Below, one piece after another: positions 1-7,967 of a DNA stretch of 64,000 bases (positions within the stretch are counted from its first letter, which is position 1; each line of letters begins with the position of its first letter). Source of the stretch: Methanobacteriota archaeon (GTDB taxonomy: Archaea; Thermoplasmatota; Poseidoniia; Poseidoniales; Thalassarchaeaceae); NCBI GenBank assembly GCA_011523185.1, contig WTHI01000135.1:8564-72563 (forward strand). Direction: 5' to 3'. Both the position numbers and the translations under genes were made by a program. Below the pieces are notes generated by a model. It ran no database searches and was not told where the DNA came from. It saw only the letters and a program-made list of their open reading frames with translations.

Positions 1-18
1 GCGGTCCAACTTGGATTT

Positions 19-714
19 GTGGTCAGCCATTCATCAGCCAGCGACTTCCCATTCGGCACAAGTACCGGAGATTGGGCAGGTTTTGCTATAGGAAATCTAG
101 TTCTAATTTTCCTCGCGGTAATTGTTGTACATAGAGCAGTAATCGAAACTAGAGACATACATGTCGAAGAGCGGCATACGCATCCTGATCCGAGGGTAGT
201 TCAGAAGGCATGGAGAGATCATAGTCTGAAAGCATGGAGCTTGAATTTGGCAACCTGGATTGTATTTCTGAATGTTTCATCTTGGGCTGGAGCACATGCG
301 GTTTCTCCTCGTCCACCAATTGAAAATGATATGACTCTGTATGTAGTAATTTATGCGTTGTTTGGAATTATTTCTATGGCTTTGCTGGTCCATGTATTGT
401 GGTATCCACAATTTATGTTAGGCGCAGCAGGAGATCGTATTCAATCCGTTCGAGCAAGGGAAGTTGCGGGCGAATTTGTCCCCAAAAAGGCAAGCCGGAG
501 CCAAGGATCTTGTCCAATTTGTAGTGCCGATTCCGTTGCTGTTAGAAATCAGGATGGTAGTATTCAGGTGCCTTGCTCGAATTGTGAAGGAAATGGCGCA
601 CCGGGTACAGCTTGCGCGGAATGCAATACAATAATACCAGCAAGAATATCTTGTAGGGAGTGTGGTTCAAGCACCACTGTAATGAGTCACTTTTCACGAT
701 CTGAAGCCTGGTAA
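19..714 (+). CDS. Hypothetical polytopic membrane protein with a C-terminal double CxxC zinc-ribbon; the reading frame is open to the window edge, so the true start may lie upstream
   Basis: ORF of 231 aa with several hydrophobic segments. The C-terminus has CPIC...CSNC...CAEC...CREC spacing typical of two zinc ribbons. It ends 10 nt before the subtilase gene. Confidence 0.4.
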   Translation: MVSHSSASDFPFGTSTGDWAGFAIGNLVLIFLAVIVVHRAVIETRDIHVEERHTHPDPRVVQKAWRDHSLKAWSLNLATWIVFLNVSSWAGAHAVSPRPPIENDMTLYVVIYALFGIISMALLVHVLWYPQFMLGAAGDRIQSVRAREVAGEFVPKKASRSQGSCPICSADSVAVRNQDGSIQVPCSNCEGNGAPGTACAECNTIIPARISCRECGSSTTVMSHFSRSEAW

Positions 715-723
715 TTTCACAAT

Positions 724-2025
724 TTGGAGTCATTTAGGATGGAAGAGGAAACAATCGAAAATCCATCTGAAGTTAACAACCCAACAAAAGACAATAGCGC
801 ATTGCCATGGTTGATTGGCTCAGTTTCTACATTAGCATTTATCCTAGTGGCTTCAGTCATTTTCCTTTGGCTTAAATCAGTGGCTGATGAGATATTGATT
901 GGAGGCCCTCCACCAACCTTGACCGGATGGGAGCAATCGTACCAAGAATTGACAGGATTCGACGAAGTATCGGGATTGGATGGAAGCGGTGTTGTAGTTT
1001 GTGTAGTTGATTCTGGTATCGAAATGAGTCATCCCGATTTACAGCACCTTGCATTAGCCGGTTGGTTAGATGTAATTAATGGGCAAAATGAGCCATATGA
1101 TGACGAGGGTCATGGAACCGCAATGGCAGGAATTATAGTTGCGAAAAATGGACTCAGTGGAAATGCTCAAGGTGTTGATTTATTGGTTGCAAAGGCAATA
1201 GATTCCAATGGAGAAGGCACAGATACCGGAATTGCTGAGGCGGTGGATTGGTGCGCCGATAATCAGGCCGACATAATCTCATTGAGCTTAGGCGGAGAAG
1301 GAGGGATTAGTTTTGGTGGAATTACTACTGACCAACTTGAAAGCGCGGTTCAAGATGCTCTTGATCAAGGAATATTCGTGGTTGCGGCAGCAGGAAATGA
1401 TGGACAGGACGATGATGGAGACGTGTCCTCACCTGGCTCAGTAGAGGATGTGATCTGTGTTGGTGGAGCGACTAGGCTGGGCAACGTTTGGAGAGGAAGT
1501 TCACAGGGAGATAATGATGGTAGACTTTGGCCTCCAATGTTGCCTCGTTCAGATCCCGATATGAAACCCGAAATTTTGGCTCCCGGAGCGGAAGTGCCCA
1601 TTCTATTCGCGGGAGGTGCCGGAGATGGCGCATGGTGGGGTTGGGCGAGTGGAACCTCAGCCGCTACCGCTTGGGTCTCGGGAGGATTGGCAATAATTCT
1701 CGAAGCCCACCCTGAGTTGCAAAGAGAGGGCACTTCAGGCGGCCCAAATGCAATTGAATTTATCAAAACGCAATTGAGCGAAAATTCACAAATGGACGAT
1801 GGACAATCTGAACATGATGACAAGTTTGGTTATGGAATATTTCGAATTGATTTGATGTTAGAGGCATTGAGCAATTCGAGTTCAGAAGAAGAGGTAGAAT
1901 ACTCTTCTAGTTATTTACAACACATCGACATTAACGATTCAAATCAGGCAGAGCGAAGGAAGACTCCTAGTGTTCCTCCTGCCAGTTCAACAAAGGCGGC
2001 AGAGTGGTTGGAGTTGACCGATTGA
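724..2025 (+). CDS. Subtilisin-like serine protease (S8 family), N-terminal TM anchored
   Basis: Catalytic Asp (VVCVVDSGIE), His (HGTAMAGII) and Ser (GTSAATAWVSGG) motifs in canonical order. N-terminal hydrophobic anchor (LPWLIGSVSTLAFILVASVIFLWL). Confidence 0.8.
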   Translation: MESFRMEEETIENPSEVNNPTKDNSALPWLIGSVSTLAFILVASVIFLWLKSVADEILIGGPPPTLTGWEQSYQELTGFDEVSGLDGSGVVVCVVDSGIEMSHPDLQHLALAGWLDVINGQNEPYDDEGHGTAMAGIIVAKNGLSGNAQGVDLLVAKAIDSNGEGTDTGIAEAVDWCADNQADIISLSLGGEGGISFGGITTDQLESAVQDALDQGIFVVAAAGNDGQDDDGDVSSPGSVEDVICVGGATRLGNVWRGSSQGDNDGRLWPPMLPRSDPDMKPEILAPGAEVPILFAGGAGDGAWWGWASGTSAATAWVSGGLAIILEAHPELQREGTSGGPNAIEFIKTQLSENSQMDDGQSEHDDKFGYGIFRIDLMLEALSNSSSEEEVEYSSSYLQHIDINDSNQAERRKTPSVPPASSTKAAEWLELTD

Positions 2026-2792
2026 ACAAATTCAATCCATTCATTGAATGAAGCTACGACCTGTTGTGCGGGAGTCATTTCCACGCCTGTTACTGGCTCA
2101 CCAACATCTCCAGTTGGCACTTGTGGTTCCAAGGCCATTACTACTCCACCTGGTGCTAGTAGATTGAATGCCAGAGTTGCAGCTCGAACTCTCTCTATCT
2201 CTGGTAAATCGATGATTACGAGATCTATTGGTTGAGGGAGAGGAGCACTTCTAGCAACATCGGGAAGTGTGGCATTCGCTGCATTCCAAGATTCAGTCTC
2301 AGCAGCAATTTCACTCCAAGGGTCTGAAATCACCTGTGCCCAGTTAGAAGCATCATATCGGCGAAGTAATCTATCAATGATTACTCCAAATTTTCCACCT
2401 TCCTCAATGACACGAAGTGTCTCAGGACGGTTACTGCCCTCAGAATCTTCGATAGCAGGATCACCGCACCATAAATCCATCATCCAAGCGGTAAGATGGC
2501 CGATACCTCCGCCGATAATTACTACATTTTTGGCAGGAATTCGACCCGCTATATCACGTATCCTTTTTCTAATAGAGCGAGGTAATGGCCTCAAATCCAT
2601 GTGAATCATTTGTTCGCCGATAGCAGCAGCGATTTCAGGTTCAGAACCACTTCTTGATTCATCATCACCAAGAAGTTGCTCAAACATCTCCCTTTGAGAC
2701 ATAGTTGGAAGTCCAAATCCATCCCCTATCTCACTCATAATAGCGCCTCCAGTGACCCTCTCTTGAACCATCCCACGCGCGGATGGCTTCAA
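1944..2792 (-). CDS. Class I SAM-dependent O-methyltransferase-like protein (family-3 OMT fold)
   Basis: Motifs resembling OMT family 3: VVIIGGGIGHLTAWM (SAM-binding G-rich loop), DLVIIDLPE (acidic post-II) and LLAPGGVVMA. The 3' end overlaps the subtilase 3' end by 82 nt. Confidence 0.4.
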   Translation of the reverse strand: MKPSARGMVQERVTGGAIMSEIGDGFGLPTMSQREMFEQLLGDDESRSGSEPEIAAAIGEQMIHMDLRPLPRSIRKRIRDIAGRIPAKNVVIIGGGIGHLTAWMMDLWCGDPAIEDSEGSNRPETLRVIEEGGKFGVIIDRLLRRYDASNWAQVISDPWSEIAAETESWNAANATLPDVARSAPLPQPIDLVIIDLPEIERVRAATLAFNLLAPGGVVMALEPQVPTGDVGEPVTGVEMTPAQQVVASFNEWIEFVQSVNSNHSAAFVELAGGTLGVFLRSA

Positions 2793-2816
2793 GAACGGTA
2801 GGTCAGCCGCGCAGAT

Positions 2817-3449
2817 GTGAACGAAGGGCTAGATGACGAGGAGACGGTTGACGTCTCTGAATGTTCTAATTGTGAAGATTTCACAGAGCATCGAATACTT
2901 CGCAGAGTCAACAAGGGAGAAGGAGAGGACCTACTGATCCAATGTGTTGATTGCAATGAGGTGCAAACCCTTCACTTGAGACCTGGTAAAGCAATCAAGA
3001 TTACTTCAATACTTTCCGATGGAGCCGAAAGTCAAACACAGTCTATTGAATCAGATGATGATGAATTGATCTCTGTAGGTGATGTTTTTGACCATGATGG
3101 AATACTATACAGAGTTACCAGAATAGATGATTCGGACACTAGATCAAAGCAAACTATGGTAGCCAAAGAAATCTCAACACTTTGGGCTGTCCGCTGTGAT
3201 AAATGCAAAGTTCGTTTAACAATGACAGATGGTGAAGAAAGTAGTTCAAAAACTATTGAATGCTCTCCTGATAAGGTGTTTTCATGTGGTTCAATTATGG
3301 AAATAGAAGGAGTCCGTTGGAGAATTCGGGCACTGCATACCGGAAAGGGGAGAACCCTTCGAGGTAAGCGGCCTGCAGTTGACCTTAGGCGAATTTATCT
3401 CCATCCTCCATACAATCCTAGAGAAGACCGAAGACAAAATAGGCGATGA
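2817..3449 (+). CDS. Hypothetical protein with two CxxC...CxxC zinc-ribbon modules and a basic C-terminus
   Basis: CSNC..C.DC and CDKC...C pairs. No recognisable enzymatic motif. Acidic N-terminus and arginine-rich C-terminus. Confidence 0.4.
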   Translation: MNEGLDDEETVDVSECSNCEDFTEHRILRRVNKGEGEDLLIQCVDCNEVQTLHLRPGKAIKITSILSDGAESQTQSIESDDDELISVGDVFDHDGILYRVTRIDDSDTRSKQTMVAKEISTLWAVRCDKCKVRLTMTDGEESSSKTIECSPDKVFSCGSIMEIEGVRWRIRALHTGKGRTLRGKRPAVDLRRIYLHPPYNPREDRRQNRR

Positions 3450-4424
3450 TTATCGTCTATTTGTCCATGGCATAATTATGCTCTTTGCTACATGCCAAGC
3501 CACATCGGGGTTCTCTCTTAATCGGCGCATACTATACTCGTACCACCTACTGCCATAGGGGATGTATACACGTGTTAGATGACCTTCTTTTGCCAACTTT
3601 CGTCGTATATTGCCTCTGACTCCAAGAAGAAATTGAAACTCATATCCCGGTCCCTTTCCACTTCTTTCTGGACCTGCATTTCCTCTCGGATCATCTATTG
3701 TTGGACCCATACCCCTGTCTTCTAATGCCGCTATTGAATGGTCGATTACAGGTATGTCATGAGATGCAATAGCGGTGTATGCTCCTACATCTAATAAGTC
3801 TTCAATCGCCTTATTTGTTGCTAGGACAATATCATGATATTTCGTGTGAGCAATATCTTCAGGTTCAAGGTAAATTCCCTTACAAATTCTAACGTCTGAA
3901 TTACCGCCCAATATTGACGAAAGTGAAGTGATGTCCTCTCCAGTTCTAAACAACCTAGATTGGAGGACTGTGCCAATGTTGGTTAATCCACGATTATGCA
4001 TCTCAATTACAATGTCAATAGTGGACTGAGTCACCCTATTATCTTCCATATCCAATCTTACGAAGATATTGTTTTTTGATGCAATTCTAGTAATTTTCTC
4101 AATATTTTCTAGTGCTTGCTTTTCATCAATTAATAATCCAAAAGCGGTTGGTTTGAGAGAAATATTTGCATCCATATCTTCTGCAATGATTGCATCCAAC
4201 GCCCTATGATATTCGTTTACGAAAAAGTTCGCTTCTTCTAAGCTAGTTATCTCTTCGCCCAATACGTCTAGAGTAAAACAAGCACCCTGAGATTTCATTG
4301 AGCGCATTACCTGCAATGCGCTCTCTAAATCTGGGCCGGCAACATACCTCTTTGCTACCCACCCTACGACGAATCTTGGAGTGATTGGCATCATCAGCAT
4401 GACGAGACGGCCGAGTGCCCCCAT
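3450..4424 (-). CDS. Proline dehydrogenase (PRODH/PutA-like FAD enzyme)
   Basis: C-terminal signature RVYIPYGSRWYEYSMRRLRENP (the YxPYG...Y..RRL.EN motif of proline dehydrogenases). Length about 324 aa. Confidence 0.75.
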   Translation of the reverse strand: MGALGRLVMLMMPITPRFVVGWVAKRYVAGPDLESALQVMRSMKSQGACFTLDVLGEEITSLEEANFFVNEYHRALDAIIAEDMDANISLKPTAFGLLIDEKQALENIEKITRIASKNNIFVRLDMEDNRVTQSTIDIVIEMHNRGLTNIGTVLQSRLFRTGEDITSLSSILGGNSDVRICKGIYLEPEDIAHTKYHDIVLATNKAIEDLLDVGAYTAIASHDIPVIDHSIAALEDRGMGPTIDDPRGNAGPERSGKGPGYEFQFLLGVRGNIRRKLAKEGHLTRVYIPYGSRWYEYSMRRLRENPDVAWHVAKSIIMPWTNRR

Positions 4425-4461
4425 ATCGAAGGCCGTGTGACAGGAGCACTTTCACGCTTGC

Positions 4462-5394
4462 TCAAGGAATAATCTCCTTCCCTCGGCGAACTTCAACATC
4501 AAGGGAGGATAATTCTGCAATGATTGCATTTCGTTGCCAGCCTTTGAACGATTTACGATCAAGATGCGCAAATATGGTTCCACCAGGAAATGCAATACGG
4601 GTTTTTTCAATTGCTTCCAACAAACTATGTCGCCAAGGACCAGATGGAGATTCTTTGTTTTGATCATCAAAAATTAATGCATAATTTGCCAATAAATGAC
4701 CAAATGGCAAACCACTTCGAATTGCAATATCCGAATGACGGGGAGCATAATGGCCGCCTCCAAGGCCAATCATAACATCCCCTTCACCAAACCATTCACC
4801 TTCGGGAGATTTATCAGATAACCCTAGAACCCTAGAGATCACTGCTGCCCAAAGCATTGCGGCATCTTTGCGAATCCACTCAGATTCTGTAGATCCTATC
4901 TCTAGGTAAAGTGTAGGTTTGGTAAGAACTGGACCATGATGAGTTGTTTCTAAACTGACCTCAAATTCATCCGCTAATTCTGATTTAGAGGATTCTTCCC
5001 TAAGGGCCGAATATATGGCAGAAAATCTCGGCGATGGAGGCACCGCAATGCCCTTTATGCCACCAGCAAATCCTTCTTCTCCATGCGGTATTTCACCAGG
5101 GACACCTATTGCATGAACGGTAAGGGAAGGGAGGCCACTTTTGGCAGCGTGGCGGGAAAGGACTAGGACTTCATCTACTGTCTCTGCAGTCTGTTTTTCG
5201 TGAATTATATCAATACCATCCGCATAAATGTGTAACTTTTCGATTAATAGTAGATGAACTGGTTGAGTAGAGTGCCTCATGAATAATCCATGAGGCAATA
5301 TTTCAGGAGCATCCCAGCCTCCAAGACCAACAACTGCTTCATGGAGATTAACAGAGGCGTTATCTGCTTTCGACGCTAGCAGAAGTGTCACCAT
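4462..5394 (-). CDS. dtdA: Archaeal-type D-aminoacyl-tRNA deacylase (DtdA family)
   Basis: Contains the GLGGGHYAPRHSD motif, which I recall as characteristic of archaeal DTD (DtdA). The size of about 310 aa is consistent. Confidence 0.55.
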   Translation of the reverse strand: MVTLLLASKADNASVNLHEAVVGLGGWDAPEILPHGLFMRHSTQPVHLLLIEKLHIYADGIDIIHEKQTAETVDEVLVLSRHAAKSGLPSLTVHAIGVPGEIPHGEEGFAGGIKGIAVPPSPRFSAIYSALREESSKSELADEFEVSLETTHHGPVLTKPTLYLEIGSTESEWIRKDAAMLWAAVISRVLGLSDKSPEGEWFGEGDVMIGLGGGHYAPRHSDIAIRSGLPFGHLLANYALIFDDQNKESPSGPWRHSLLEAIEKTRIAFPGGTIFAHLDRKSFKGWQRNAIIAELSSLDVEVRRGKEIIP

Positions 5395-5487
5395 AGAAGC
5401 CTGCTAGAAGCCTAATGACTTCAACCCATCCAATCATGAATTGAATAACCAGAGTCAGTCGCACCACAGGTTCAAACACAAGAACCG

Positions 5488-6399
5488 GTGGGTCAAGTCG
5501 TGGAACGAACTATCCCCTTCACTCCAACTCAAGTGGTTGATTGTGGAGAGACTTATGTCGTTATAGGAAGTCTTGGTGAATTAGCAAAACTGGATAATGA
5601 GGGTAAATTGATTGAAGACTATTCTATTCCATTCCCCTCAACGATTACTCACTCAACTAACTTGGGTGATTATTGGATTGGAATTTGGCTAGAAGCAGAA
5701 ATGAGATTGGCAAGAATTTCCAGCCTAAATTTGTCCAATATCTGGGAAAATGGCAATTCACGTGGTGAACTGAGGACTTCTTTGGACCCTATGTCTCTAC
5801 ACCCAAAAAACTCAGTTTGGTCTCACGCCCTTGACTCTGAACCCACATGCCTTACTGCCATTGGTGATGACTTCTGCTTTGTCTTACGTGGTAAAGGCGT
5901 ATATCGAATGGACAGGGAAGCAAATGAGGTGTGGCGATCTAGCCTACCCAGTACCATTGATGGTAAATTGAGGGGAACTGAAACTGCAATTTCAATTTCA
6001 CAATATGATGATTTTCTGAGCATTTGGTATGATAATGGATTGGTAGTGGATATTTCGGCAGATTCTGGTGTTGAAATCGATAGGAGAAGCTTACAAATCT
6101 CAGATAGAATAGAAAGAGTATTTCATTCAGGGGATTTGCATTTGCTGACTTTATCAGAAGGAGGATTTCTAATTTCAAATAGAGAGACTGTTTTGCAATC
6201 TCATAACACCCCTGGCCCATTATTTGCTGCAAGAAATAGAAATGGCAACTGGGAGTTTACGGGTTGGAGATTCGATGGTCGATTAAGCAATTCAAGCCTA
6301 GAGATTTCACCTAGAAATCAACTAGGCGTTGGCTTTGTTGCAGACAAGGTCTTGACAAATGATGGGACCTTGAGTGATTTTACGATTATTCGTTCTTGA
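5488..6399 (+). CDS. Hypothetical protein (possibly a beta-propeller-like fold)
   Basis: 303-aa ORF with protein-like composition and no diagnostic motif. Its 3' end overlaps the convergent rps27ae by 14 nt. Confidence 0.4.
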   Translation: MGQVVERTIPFTPTQVVDCGETYVVIGSLGELAKLDNEGKLIEDYSIPFPSTITHSTNLGDYWIGIWLEAEMRLARISSLNLSNIWENGNSRGELRTSLDPMSLHPKNSVWSHALDSEPTCLTAIGDDFCFVLRGKGVYRMDREANEVWRSSLPSTIDGKLRGTETAISISQYDDFLSIWYDNGLVVDISADSGVEIDRRSLQISDRIERVFHSGDLHLLTLSEGGFLISNRETVLQSHNTPGPLFAARNRNGNWEFTGWRFDGRLSNSSLEISPRNQLGVGFVADKVLTNDGTLSDFTIIRS

Positions 6400-6553
6400 C
6401 TGTATGGCCACACTTTCCACAGGTTTTGCGATCAGAGTGTTGGCCTAGGAAAACACCAGGTCCACAGGTTGGACAGGTTTCTGCCCTTACTAACTCGTCA
6501 CCTTCGATTGTGTATTTCGACCATTTCGCATTTGCGTTCGGGCTATCGGACAT
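6386..6553 (-). CDS. rps27ae: Ribosomal protein S27ae (eS31)
   Basis: Not in the ORF track because it is under 60 aa. It translates to MSDSPNANAKWSKYTIEGDELVRAETCPTCGPGVFLGQHSDRKTCGKCGHTV KNE, with the CPxCG...CGKCG zinc ribbon of S27a. The start codon shares one base with the rps24e stop (TGATG). Confidence 0.75.
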   Translation of the reverse strand: MSDSPNANAKWSKYTIEGDELVRAETCPTCGPGVFLGQHSDRKTCGKCGHTVKNE

Positions 6554-6936
6554 CACTCATCGCCTCCCTCTTCTGAATCCGCCTCTACTTCTTCCTCAGA
6601 GGACTCCTCAGCAACAGGTTCTGGAGCAGCTGGCTCCTCTGAATCACCTGGTGAGTGTATTGCGTTGTGGCGGTTATGAACAAATTCCGGCTCTAGTGTT
6701 GCTGATTTAGCATCACCATAGATGACTGCGATTCCAGTAGTCTGTGGGCGGCCAAAACGGGTGTTAACATTCTTCACGAAAGTCAATTCTTTCTTTGAGC
6801 CAGGTTCAGCCTTTGCAGCAGCTGCAACCATGTCAGAAAGTGTAGGTGTTGCTCCTTTGGAGTGATTCCAGCGGAAACTAATCTCTACTCTGTTAAGCAA
6901 TGGATTTTCTTTTCTCTCAATAATTTCCATATTCAT
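6553..6936 (-). CDS. rps24e: Ribosomal protein S24e, with an unusual acidic C-terminal extension
   Basis: N-terminal 100 aa (IIERKENPLLNRVEISFRWNHSKGATPTLSD...TRFGRPQTTGIAVIYGD) matches S24e. About 30 extra Glu/Asp-rich residues follow. Confidence 0.85.
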   Translation of the reverse strand: MNMEIIERKENPLLNRVEISFRWNHSKGATPTLSDMVAAAAKAEPGSKKELTFVKNVNTRFGRPQTTGIAVIYGDAKSATLEPEFVHNRHNAIHSPGDSEEPAAPEPVAEESSEEEVEADSEEGGDE

Positions 6937-6943
6937 TTCCTCC

Positions 6944-7165
6944 TTATCGTATGTTCACCTTCAAAGCGTAGGACCCGGGGTCGTTGATGTTCAATTTCTG
7001 AGCTACTTCGGAGCGCTTAGGGTGCATAATGACAACATAACCAGACCAGTCTGTTGTTACTGGCGCGGATGGGCAATGCATGCATTGTGGTGGGTCGCTT
7101 TTCTTCTCAGGATCTGGAAGAATTCTGTTACACTCCCCGCAAGCGAAGGATTTGGCCATTCTCAA
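6944..7165 (-). CDS. spt4: Transcription elongation factor Spt4 / RNA polymerase subunit E''
   Basis: 73 aa with a CGEC...CMHC zinc ribbon, followed by GYVVIM...P..SEVA as in Spt4. It overlaps rpoE' by 4 nt (ATGA). Confidence 0.8.
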   Translation of the reverse strand: MRMAKSFACGECNRILPDPEKKSDPPQCMHCPSAPVTTDWSGYVVIMHPKRSEVAQKLNINDPGSYALKVNIR

Positions 7166-7710
7166 TCACCTCTAGTTAACCAATCGTGAGCGCCAAGGCC
7201 TGCCATCTTACAGTTCAAACCAATCTTACTGGACCTTGGGTCGTTTTGGTTAATCGCCTTTGAAACGATTCGGGAGCGAACATACGAACCCTCTTCGATA
7301 TGCTTGCCGGATTGAGAACCTTCGATTCTCCTTATACCCATATTTACTTGAACCGGTTCATCAAGAATCTGTGACTTGTGGAGTAGTGCCTCAATTGGCC
7401 CGATGCGAACGAATGCGCCGTATTCGGAAACCTCGGAAACTGCCCCATCTACTACCTCGTTTGCTTCCATTGTGAAATGTAGCGCCTTGAAGCGTACTCT
7501 CTGATAGATTGCACCATCGCCGTGAATTATCTTTCCACGACCTACGGTTTCGTGATCATAGGTTAGCAGTGTGTAGTTTTCGTCTTCATCAAATCGACCC
7601 TCAAAAGCTGCATGGGCCAAATCGTCAATATGGTCCTCCAACTTGCGTCCCTTTCGGATATATTCCGCTGGGATTCTGATGGTATCCTCCATTGTTACTA
7701 GGCTGTACAT
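7162..7710 (-). CDS. rpoE: DNA-directed RNA polymerase subunit E' (Rpo7, S1 domain)
   Basis: N-terminus MYSLVTMEDTIRIPAEY matches the archaeal RpoE' start pattern. An S1-like region (GAVSEVSEYGAFVRIGPIEALLH) follows. Confidence 0.85.
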   Translation of the reverse strand: MYSLVTMEDTIRIPAEYIRKGRKLEDHIDDLAHAAFEGRFDEDENYTLLTYDHETVGRGKIIHGDGAIYQRVRFKALHFTMEANEVVDGAVSEVSEYGAFVRIGPIEALLHKSQILDEPVQVNMGIRRIEGSQSGKHIEEGSYVRSRIVSKAINQNDPRSSKIGLNCKMAGLGAHDWLTRGD

Positions 7711-7714
7711 TCGG

Positions 7715-7960
7715 TTTCCTCCAATCGCCGGACCGCTCCGAGTTCAGTCGGAGGAAAGGCAGGTTAACCCTCCCGTCCCTCATCGGCTGTGCCTCCAGAG
7801 GAGAGGTCCGTGCGATTCGCCGACCTAAGGCCCTGCTATAAGCGCAACGGATGAGATTCTGGGGTAGAAATACTCTCGGCGATATGTAAATTACCCTCAG
7901 ACCGTAGGTCTGAATGAGAGTTTACCCCTAACCTTCAAGTGGCTCGGAAAGCGCAAGTTC
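7715..7960. other. Structured intergenic region (candidate small ncRNA or long structured leader) between the divergent rpoE' and giant surface-protein genes
   Basis: Several perfect hairpins: ctccga-gttcag-tcggag (7735-7752), ggtc...gacc (7806-7824) and tcagacc-gta-ggtctga (7897-7913). A long imperfect helix ggggtagaaatactctc...gagagtttacccc spans 7861-7930. No ORF of protein-like composition. Confidence 0.25.
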
Positions 7961-7967
7961 GACTCTG

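Noticed and set aside
7715-7960. Assignment of the structured spacer to SRP RNA or RNase P RNA
   Set aside because: I could not find the helix-8 GGAA/AGCA motifs of SRP RNA or the P4 (GGAAAGUCCGG / ACAGAACCCGGCUUA-like) elements of RNase P RNA on either strand. The spacer is also short, since two promoters must be accommodated.
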